Below are positions 13,955-24,144 of a stretch of 64,000 bases of DNA, one piece after another. The stretch is taken from NCBI GenBank assembly GCA_023213395.1, contig CM041465.1:198407741-198471740 (forward strand), in the 5' to 3' direction. This stretch comes from Cycas panzhihuaensis. Lineage: Eukaryota; Plantae; Cycadophyta. Every line of letters begins with the position of its first letter. Position 1 is the stretch's first letter. The position numbers and the translations under genes are program-made. The notes below the pieces were generated by a model. The model was not told the origin of the DNA and did no database searches. It saw nothing but the letters and a program-made list of their open reading frames with translations.

Positions 13955-15629
13955 CTCACTCTAGCCTCAAGGAACAAATTTTGCATGATACGCAAGCCTC
14001 CCCTAACAATAGGTCACTCAGGTTTCCTACAAACATACTACCACTTAAAATAATCTTTCTTTTGGAAGGGCCAAAAAGGAGATGTAAAGTGCTATGTTTC
14101 TTCATGTGAAATTTGTTAATGACATAAGACAAAAATAGTCAAGCCCTCAAGACTTTTGCAATCCCTTCCCATACTGAATCAACAATGCAAAGAAATTTCC
14201 ATGGACTTCATAGTGGGTCTACCCAAGTCTAAAGGAAAAGATGCTACACTCATGGTTGTTGATAAGATAATTAAATATGATCATTTCTATAGCATCTAAG
14301 ATATATATAAGGTAAATCAATTTGCTGAGATCTTTTAAAGGGATATATGTAGGTTACATGGCATGCCCAAACATATAGCTAGTGATTGGGACCCCAAGTT
14401 CATTAACAACTTTTGGATGGAACTCTTCCATCTACTTGGTACCAAGCTAATAATGAGTTCATCCTACCATCCAGAAATAAATGGTTAAACTAAGATGATC
14501 AATAAGTTCCTTAAAAGATACCTTTATTGTTATGCTTTAGACAAGTAAGGCCAATGGCATCATTAGATTCCCTTAGTAGAATGGTGGTATAATGCAACAT
14601 ATCATGCATTAGTAGGAATAACTTCATTCTAAGTATTATATGGTTATGAACCACCTACACTTAATAATTATGCCATAATCAGTTCTAAAGTTTAAGCAGT
14701 CGAGGACCCCCTCCACCAAATAATAGAAATTCTCAAGCTACTTAAGAAAAATCTAAACCTTACATAAAATCAAATAAAATAATAGGCAAATAAAGGGCGA
14801 GGTGAATAATTACTTCAACTAGGTAATTAGGTATATTTATAATTGCAACTATACAAGTAAACATCTCTCGAACAAGATGGGAAGCATGAATTAGAACATC
14901 GATTTTACGGACCTTACAAAATTCTTAAAAAGATTATTGAAATTGCATATGCATTAGACTTACCACCACTACCAAGGATCCACAATGTCTTTCATGTTTT
15001 ATGTCTCAAGAGGTTAATTTGGTAGCAAGTATAAGTTTAAACAAAATTACTTAAATAAGGATGGGCAACTTCAACTCATTCTATAATGTATCATCAATAA
15101 AAGAATTTAGCATCTACAATCTAAACAAATGATTGAGTATCACATCAAATGAAAATAACTTCCAAAATAAGATGTAACCTGGGAGAATGAGAAATTTTTC
15201 CGTGAGGATCCTAAGATCAATAAGCTTTGAGGGTAAATCTTTTTTAAGAGGAGGGGTGGGGACTTATTAGGGATCCAACTCCTAACTCACCTTCTCTTAT
15301 TTCTTCTACTTCTTCTTATCTTTTCTTATATCTTCTATTTCTTCCACTTCTTTTTTCTTAATATCCCATTCACATAATAAGAGGTTATGTAGTGCCCATA
15401 GAGCCCTATATATATTCATATAATATCCCACATGTATATGTAGGAAGTTGTGTAGTGGCCATAGATCCATATATATATTTATATAATCCTTAGAGTGAAT
15501 TATCTTGAATATCATTGCTATTATATATAATTAGGAGGTTACCCCCTTGAAGAATATTGTAGTACATATACCTTGTTTAGTGTTATTGGTGTACTATTAT
15601 CATTAAAGGAGTGGTATCCTACTAAATTA

Positions 15630-18600
15630 ATGCAACACTTTAACTATCTTTTATAAAGTATACTTAAGTCTTCTTGGTCTAATAATCTATAAATACTAAA
15701 GTATAACAAACTTAAGATATTAGGAGATTTGATTATTTCCCCATCATACTGGTGTGTATAATTTCTAATATCTTCTTATTTATCTAAGATTTCTCTTAAG
15801 CAAAAGGATATCTGTGATGTTTACCATACATACACCCTTCACATATACCTCTTAAACATAAGACCTATGGCAAACTTTCCATTATCTTTATTATGTTTAT
15901 AAGTGTCATGTTTTGATAATTTAGGTATCCTAGTCATTCATTCCATAATCATGTTATATCATTTCCATTGGCAACAAAAGCATAGGCTTAATTCTAACTT
16001 TAAAGTTTCTTAAACACCAAAAAGTCATCATTTAGATTTCTAGAAATAATAACTAAAGGGCCTTTCTTAGGATATTTAATCAATTAATTATCCTTATAGA
16101 GATGATTTTTTTATTTTATTTGTAAATTTAATGGAAAAAAGAAGATTATTCCTCATGTATGGTGCATAATATACTCAACTAAATTTCCCCATTGCAAGGC
16201 TAGCTATTTTGAATCCATCAATATGCACCATGCTAGAATCCTTAAGTATGATTTTAACATCACTAAAATTACAATCCATCATAGTAAACGACTCTCAATA
16301 GAAAGACGTATGCCTTTGTGTACCTAGGTCAAGTATCTAATAATCCTTTTACTCTAAAAATTGAGAAGATGAGATTAATACTTTAGTATAGTATGTTGTA
16401 ATATTCTTTAATTTTTTGTTTTGTTTTTCCTCTTGCATATCCTTTCTTCTAAACTGATAGTTTTTCACCTTATGGCCTTCTCTCTTCTAATAGTGATACT
16501 TTCCAATGTACTTCTTCCACTTCTTCTCTTAATTTTGCTTAAACTTTCATTCACTTTTCTCTACCTTCTCATCGCATTTCCTCTGCATCTTTATAATTCT
16601 GCCATAATTTAACTCTAGATTCATAAGAATGCTATAGTATTTTAATTTAAAACTTTTATCTAGCATGAGATTCTTTAGCTCATCAAAGGCCATTCCTTCC
16701 ATCATATCATGCTTTGTATAAGCTATGTAAAATATACGAAACAAGGTTAGTAGTCTTAATATAATGATCGTAAATAGTAACTTATTATCAACTAACTTCT
16801 TTTTTATCTCTTTGAGCTTATTCTTTAAATCCATTATCTTGTTCAGATAAGCACTAATATTACATTAATCTTTAATAGTTACATTTAGCACCTCCATAAA
16901 CAAAACAACTTTATGTTTTATTCACATATTCTTCTATAATTTCATTAATATTTTATTTAGTATATTTAGGTTATGGATAAGAGCTCTGTGATCCAAAGCT
17001 AACAATAATTTTAATAAGCCAATATCCATACACTCTTTTTTTTTAGGGTGATCTCTCTTTCTTATCTAAAGATATTATGGTCAATTCATTTTTTATGATT
17101 TTCCATAATAAGTTCACCATTAAAGTGATTCCCATACTTTCTTTCCATTTGTTAAATTTGTTTCCATTAAAAGTCACTTGCAAAAAATTCTCCAAGGTTG
17201 TAACCTTATTAAATGATTGAGAATAATCTTTTTTCAATGTTCTCTAATATAAAGAGCCTCCTATCCTTATATCAGAGTCTTTTCTTCCATAATTATCTAA
17301 TCAAAATGTTTTCTAAACATCCTAATCACCGATTTAAGGTAGCCCCCATACTTCAAATGGATCCTCCATGCTTTGCACTACTATATTTATTTTTTTATAA
17401 CCTCTACATTTACTAATGTGGCTTAAGAGGGCTTGCACAGGCTCCTAGAAGTTTTACACACCAATAACAATTGCTTCTTGCTTTTTCAATGTTCCACACA
17501 ATCCTTTTTTAATGTTTCCACTGTGTCTAATGCATTACACTTCACTTATAAAGATTTTTCAATCAGCACATACCCTTATGTATGTTACACAACCATTAAC
17601 AAGTTCAAAATAGCTTCGAATTTGGCTTTGTATGATGTTACTTTGTTTCATGGCTTTCAATGGCTTAAGAAAAGATTCTTATGTGCCTCAAAATGACTTA
17701 ACATGGATTTAATGGTGGCCTACACAATAACTCTAGTTTACAAAATCTTCTTAATAGACTTTAAACTAAGTTTTTTGGCTTATATACCTTGCATAGCCTT
17801 TAAACACTTCAAATGCTTTTAAACATTTTAAACAACCTTAAACAAGTCCAAGAATTAACGAAATGAAACATAGGATATGCACCAGCAACCCCATAACTAT
17901 ATGTATTATCCTTAAACTCTGATGTTTGTTTGGATTTCTGTTAATGCTGCTCACGTAACTCACATTTGATTCCAATGCACCCTAAACTCCAAACAATCCA
18001 AAAGATCTTAATTTATATGGTTTGAATGTCTTCGCATGACCATCATATATAAGTTATTACCTTTTATAATCATGCTCTTTAGTAAATCATGTTTTCCTTT
18101 AAAATTTTAATTTATCATTAGGTTTGTAAATGTCACACCACTTCACCGAGCCCTGCCACCTTGTGTAGTTATTGTTTTGTTTAAGAAATTTTTATATTTG
18201 ACCTTCGATAGTTAAATTTGAAGATATGACCTTTCTATAGAGGTTGTTGCTTTGTTAAAAAGAAAACAAAAAGTTTATTTTTCAATCAAAATAGTTGATA
18301 ACTTTCATATGTTATACTACTGTCATTAGAAACTTGTAGGAGCCTATGGAGAATTAACACTATTAAATGCAATGGAAGCTACATATTTTCATAGCAAGAA
18401 AAAGATAGATGTTTTGTTGGACTCACAATGGATCCCAGTAATTTAATTTAAATGAAAAATAAATAATTCTTATGCCTAATCACCTCCATGAACTCCAAAA
18501 TGAAGCATGACATTACTAGAGTTGTCCAATCACTATTAGAGATGTCTAACATACTTTTAATTTATTATATCATGTAAATATGAGACTAAACATTGTCCAT

Positions 18601-19250
18601 CAAATGTTTTGCAACTCCAAACACACATAGTTAGTCCTCAATTGCCATTACATTCTCTAAATGGGTCCCTGACTATTAAAAATAGTGTTCATTCATGGTT
18701 GGATCCTTTAAAATGATCCCAAGCACTTTAGATGAAGCCCAATGCATCTATCCTCCATTTAACATATGGAAATAAGGCTAGCATTCTTTAAATAATGCCC
18801 AATAGCCATTGGAGTTAGCTAATCATGCATATACTCTACCTAGTAAGTAGAAACATTGCCCAACCTTACTTAATTGGTACATATAGCCTCCCCATAGTGG
18901 TAGAAATCACCACATGATGGAAAGCGTGTTGTTGAATGGATAATTTCCTATGTTATTAGTATACACCATTATTTAATCACTTAGAAATTGAAAAGGATTG
19001 TAATCACATTAACAATACCTTCTTTTACATTAGCAAATGACCTTTTGGTTTGTTCTAGGTCTACATTAACTTTGCTTCAACTATGTACTCAGAACTTGAC
19101 TATGATACCATGTGAGAAAACATGCATACAAATATAGATATGATCTTAACCATACATAGCAAGCAGAGGACAAGATATATAGGTTTTAACCATCCCTCAG
19201 CCATATTGGAAATTCTACTAATACTTTTAATTTAAGCCCATTTCAACACA
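15630..19250 (-). mobile_element. Degenerate Ty1/copia 5' half (PBS, leader, gag, protease, start of integrase), copy A
   Basis: PBS rc TGGTATCATAGTC at 19098-19110. Gag N-term FNGNKFNKWKESM..L...LLW (ORF 17043-17237), UBN2-like ORF 16547-16834, protease (W)ILDLGTQRH ~16310-16340, C.YGKH ~15820. Integrase YTRKT(W)VYF is clearest in copy B. Linking this PBS to this gag is inferred. Confidence 0.7.
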
Positions 19251-20113
19251 TGTTTGTCTTCTAACTTATTAGGTTCACCTAACCTTATAATATTTTGTTT
19301 CAATTGACTGTCATTGGATTATGTTAAATTTGATATTCTTGGTTGGTTGATTTTGATTGGATAATTTTGAATTAAATAGGGCTATATGTTTGTAAGTCCA
19401 AAAAAACTATGACACTAATGACTATGACACTTTGTTATGTCTTGTGACCTTTTGCCATGTGTGACTCTTTGTTGTGTATGAATGAATCTTCAACATATAT
19501 ATATAACACTCTCTGTGTTTGCTAACATATTATTGAAGCATAATAATTTTTCAAACATAAGGAGGAAAAGGATATAGAGCAATCTTATTGATATGTTTTA
19601 TGCTTATTTATAGATTTATCAAAATCCATATCATTCATTTTAGTATAATGTTGTAGTGTTTCAATGTTGATGTTTCCCTTCAATGGTAGTTTTTTTTCCT
19701 TCTATAATCATTACATATTGAATAACCTGAAGTATATATTACTCAATAGTTTTTTACTACTAAAATATAATTTAAACTTTTATGAACAAGAACTAAATTA
19801 ATACTCTAGTACTCAAGAACTTTTAAGCCCACACCTCATACCTTTTCCCTACTTTCCTGCATAAAGGTTGTTTTACATATTTGATGTAGTCAGCTTTACT
19901 AGAGAATGTAATTGCTTAAGAAACTTGATATCTTATTACATTGATGAATGGATTTTTTGTCTCTTTTTATTATAAGCTCAATGTGATAGTTCTTGTACTG
20001 ATACGCTCATACTTGGAGCCATAAATCTAATGTTTGTCTCAAGTATAGGCATATATGTAGAAGTCATTATATTAAGCATATCATGACATGAAGTAATGGA
20101 TTCAATGTCTCTC

Positions 20114-20116
<3 letters not shown>

Positions 20117-20155
<39 letters not shown>

Positions 20156-20193
20156 GTGTGTGTGTGTGTGTATGTATGTACATACATACATAC

Positions 20194-20227
<34 letters not shown>

Positions 20228-20276
20228 TCACACACACACATATAGTGTGTGTGTGTGTGTGCACACGCGCGCGCGC
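20117..20276. repeat. Compound alternating purine-pyrimidine microsatellite (TA)n-(TG)n-(TATG/CATA)n-(CA)n-(TG)n-(CG)n upstream of SWEET copy A
   Basis: Read directly; it also explains the spurious ORFs 20067-20294 and 20116-20379. Confidence 0.97.
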
Positions 20277-20995
20277 TATATTGGAGATAAACACATGTCC
20301 TTTTTAAATTTAAAGAGAGTAGCTTAGATAGAGACATTCCAATAAGTAAATGCCTATTTTCAAGACATTTTGAAAACATAACATATATGTAGACTACACA
20401 ATAATATTTCTATTTAATGATGCAAAATTTCATGTATTCCATTATAATATATGTTCGCCCTTGCCAACTTTTCTATGGATATTTGGCATATCCGTGATGC
20501 CCTAATTCATGGAATTAATCATTATTTGATATAATTGTGACTGCCATGAAAAGATTCCTGCCCTTTGCGTTGCTCACTCGCTTTTGCAAGTTATTTAATT
20601 ATATATATATATATTTATTTATTAGGGCGAGAAAATTTTTAAAGTATATATAACATATACATATGGAGAAAATTGACTTTAATATTTTATGTGCTAGAGG
20701 GATCCCACTTTCGGATTTCTATTGTGGTAATCCCCACTTTAATTGAAAGCAATCACGAAGGCACAGAACGAGTGACCAATCAAATGGGGGCATTTGGAGC
20801 TCTCGGAAAATTCGTCACCCTGCAGATGTACTTTTCTCTACGTATTGAAATCTTTTACGTGGTGCAAATCCAATGGTCACTCGACTGTATTTTAGAGCAC
20901 TGAAATTTCCATTCAGAAACAATCACAACCGAGGTTCTGAAAATATCTTCAATTTCGGGCGTTGGACTCGAGCGGCACATCCTACAATTTGTTTG

Positions 20996-22490
20996 ATGGC
21001 GAATTTTAGCTTCATTCTTGGAGTTACCGGTAAGATAATACCCCTTCCTTGAACATGCAATTTATAAGCTTCAGTAATTATTCCGTTGAACCGTCGCAGT
21101 TTATCAAATTTGTCGTCGGGCCATTAAAATGATTCGTACTATAAATATATATCGTCTGATTCTGTTCCAGGAAACGTGCTATCGCTCTTGGTTTTCTTCT
21201 CGCCAATGTAAGTTCACGTACTAATTGCGATGAATTAGCGCTCTGAAATCATTGTGCCTGTGGTTTGGGATATTCTATTTAGATTTGTAACGCGTTGTGT
21301 TGAAGATTTCCGTTGACAGGAAAACATTCTGGCGGATAGTGAAAAACAAATCGACGGAGAATTTCAAAGGGTTACCTTACGTCTGCACGCTGCTAAGCAC
21401 TTCCCTTTGGACATATTATGGATTGCTCAAGCCCGGTGGGTTGCTGATAGTTACGGTTAATGGGGCAGGTGCTGCAATGGAGGCGATCTTCGTGACTCTG
21501 TATCTTATATATGCTCCCAGAGAACGCAAGGCAAGTAATAGTTGATAGGATTAAATCAACTAAATAATTATTTTCATTGCATATAGACGGTCCCTTGTAT
21601 CAAGCCATTGCGTTTGCATGTATTCAATTCTGCGTATTAAAGAAAGTTAGTTAGAATTAAAATATAAATTGTGAGGAGTTCTTATTTGTATTGCAGGTGA
21701 AAACCGCTCGCTTAGTGCTGCTTCTGAATGTAACATTTTTTGGGGGTGTGTTTTTGGTCACATTTCTGGCATTTCATCATAAGCTGCGGATAAATGCAGT
21801 GGGTGCCCTATGCTGTGGGTTCACCTTAGGAATGTATGCATCCCCCATGTCCGCCATGGTAGGTTTACGTTGCCGATTTATCTCAAATAATCATTTAATA
21901 ATATATGGGAATCATGTGTCGATCAAATAGAGTTATAATTTAAACTTAATTACATTCAACGTCCATTTATACGTAAATACGTATTGATTTCTTATATATT
22001 CTTGAATATGGCGAATGAAAGAGAACCGTCATCCTAACAAAGAGCGTGGAGTTCATGCCATTTTTTCTGTCATTTTTCCTGTTTTTGAATGGAGGAGTTT
22101 GGACAGCATATGCAGTATTTGTCCGGGACATGTACATTGGGGTTAGTAATATACCGCTTATTTTTTTTCTGATTTAGGATTGTGCAATCTAGAAATTGTT
22201 TCATATGCATGTTCTTTAAAAACTCGATTGAAGTATGAACCGAGTGCTGTTGGGAATAAAAATTCCTGCAGATCCCAAATGGAATCGGGTTCGTGCTGGG
22301 AGCTGCACAGCTAATTCTGTACGTGAAGTATTATAAAAAGAGAGAGCCCAAGAGTGCAGAAGAGGAAGCAGACGATCAGAAGAAAGCAGGCTCCGTGGAC
22401 GTGGAGATGGCAGCTCCTGAAGAAATTGGCAACAAGAAGTCCATCAATAATGGCCTGCAAAACGGATGGAAACATTCAGTGGCAAAATAG
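20996..22490 (+). CDS. SWEET16: Bidirectional sugar transporter, SWEET clade IV (SWEET16/17-like), 260 aa; exons 20996-21029, 21171-21207, 21320-21530, 21697-21858, 22022-22141, 22272-22490
   Basis: Spliced product [44 protein letters not shown]...TVNGAG...[36 protein letters not shown]...[17 protein letters not shown] has two MtN3/saliva repeats. Internal exons of 37/211/162/120 nt match the SWEET pattern. All introns are GT-AG except intron 3 (GC-AG). Confidence 0.95.
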
Positions 22491-23049
22491 CATGGCCATT
22501 GTAATAACCGTCTCCCAGATTGGAGACCGACTTAGCAGAGGATGGAGGAGAATATTGGAGTAGATAAATAACATGGGAGACTCCTCCTGCACCTTCCTTG
22601 CATCCCGTTTTTGTCGTTTGAAATAAGGATAAATTTCGGGCAAAGCTGGTGCCCTCGTGTCCCAATGCTGCGACCGGTGAATACGTGTTATTTCATTAGT
22701 TGAAATGTTGAAAAATATTGCTCCATGTGATCATTTCGTAGCAGCAGATATTCGCCCCCGTAGGGTAGATGATTATGTTGTGAGAATCTATGATAATAAA
22801 CAAATTGGGCACGCTACGCTTTCATGGGGAACGTGAATCTAACGTTTTTGTTGAGAGGATAAATCGCAATTCATAATACAACGATAACACTCTAAAAGCA
22901 TCACCGTCGTAATGATTAAAGTTTGGTAAAGTTTGTTCCCATGGAAGGGGACGGTGGAGTGGCCGTTCGTGTCGAAATTATTTATGTGAGTAACCTCAAC
23001 AATACTTTGTAAATTTGCTAAGTTTTGAAAATATTTTTGTAATATTCTT

Positions 23050-23580
23050 TTTAATTTAATGAAATTTAAATTTTATTATAAAAAATATAGTACAATTTAA
23101 AAAGGTTATGTGAAAAAAAGTCTTAATACATCTAAAACTAGAAGAAGGTCTAATAAAACTAAGCATGATAACTTAATCAAGAAAGAAACATGCAAGGAGT
23201 GACTTCTACCCACAAACCCATTGTAGGAATGCCTCTAGTTAGAGCTAAGAGTGAAAAAGAAAGCCTTTACTAGTTAATAAGGTATTTAAACCTGGGTTAA
23301 TGATATCATTGTGCTCTTTTCTATGAATATTGGCAAAGGGACAAGGTCTAGTTAAATAGCTTTCTCAAGTTAAGAGTTTCTATTAGTGAATAGGGTTAAA
23401 GGGTGTCCTATTAGAAATAACAATTCAACTTCCCATGAAATTGGAGTGATGGCATGGAGATTATAGAAATGGCTACATTTCCCATCTTCTAGTGCAACAT
23501 CTAGTAATGTGAGAGCATTTGAAAAATACTAATTTGAATGATCAATTTATTGTGGCCATAACTTTTAATTTGGGTGTCTA
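23050..23580 (-). mobile_element. Possible decayed 3' end of an L1-type LINE (copy B equivalent ~56300-56860)
   Basis: Frameshifted minus-strand remnants resembling zf-RVT (H..VFFKCSH) and KE(R)ND.I, followed by an A/T-rich tail with aataaaa. Confidence 0.3.
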
Positions 23581-24144
23581 TTTAAGTCTTTTTTTTTCCC
23601 CTTAAATACTCATCTTCAAACGTTGAACATTATCATTAAAGGAAGTAACTACTTAATGACCAATTGTCAAAATTTGTAGGGCCCAACAAGATCATAAAAT
23701 GGCCCAAAATTACATTTTAAAATTATTTCTTACTCATATAAAAATTAATGAGTGTTATTTTTACTAGTAAGGTGATTAATTATATGTAAGTTATGATTTT
23801 AGGGGTTTGTTATATGATTAAGTACTCATACCATAATTTTGAATAAATTAACAATTTTTTTAAAATTTACTAAAAATAATAGTAGTTAGGAAGTTATAAA
23901 AACATAACATTTTTGAATTGAGATCCTTTTCACTTCAAATTAGAGGAGTAATTTTAGGAGTTAATTGTTAAAATTTTTACACGGCTAGAGATCTTGTATT
24001 TGTATATTCTGGATTATAAACAAATGAACTTTTTCAATTTGGGAAAGGAAAATTAAAAGTTTCATGGTGGTGTTTCTCTATGTGAATTGGCTTTGTTTTA
24101 CTTTGAACTTCTTATTTCCTACTTACTTGATTTGAGGATCCACC

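Larger units (their letters stand above)
9629..15624 (+). mobile_element. Full-length degenerate Ty3/gypsy chromovirus (Reina-like), copy A
   Basis: 5' LTR 9629-9932, 3' LTR 15265-15624, TSD AATTA on both sides (9624-9628, 15625-15629), PPT 'gaggaggggtggggact'. Gag ~10999; RT ILVRKKDGS..M..DY..LNK; RNase H; integrase ISMDFIVGLPKS; chromodomain-like IEY.IK(W)K(Q)LP..DVTWENE ~15130-15190. Confidence 0.93.

Noticed and set aside
16421-16612. Hydrophobic Leu-rich ORFs (also 50020-50211, 11053-11247, 28054-28302, 61337-61588) as membrane proteins
   Set aside because: Antisense readings of Lys/Glu-rich retrotransposon gag/pol.
20067-20379. Cys/Val/His/Thr-rich minus-strand ORFs
   Set aside because: Translations of the compound microsatellite.
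20486-20493. P1BS-like GCATATCC in both promoters
   Set aside because: A degenerate 8-mer common by chance; conservation is uninformative between near-identical copies.
20673-20903. 76-aa ORF upstream of SWEET, also open in copy B (54155-54382), as a possible uORF or small protein
   Set aside because: TTG start, no recognisable motif, and many amino-acid changes between copies; shared openness is expected from recent duplication of promoter DNA.
22488-22496. Programmed stop-codon readthrough at the copy A TAG
   Set aside because: Context TAG-CAT-GGC does not match the UAG-CAR-YYA readthrough motif; a point substitution explains it.
22509-22587. Short inverted repeats (gtctcc/ggagac, ggaggag/ctcctcc) as a miRNA-like hairpin
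   Set aside because: Stems are only 6-8 bp, far too short for a pre-miRNA and plausible by chance.
22354-22665. Alternative-frame and antisense ORFs over SWEET exon 6
   Set aside because: Shadows of a GC-richer coding exon; not preserved at this length in copy B.
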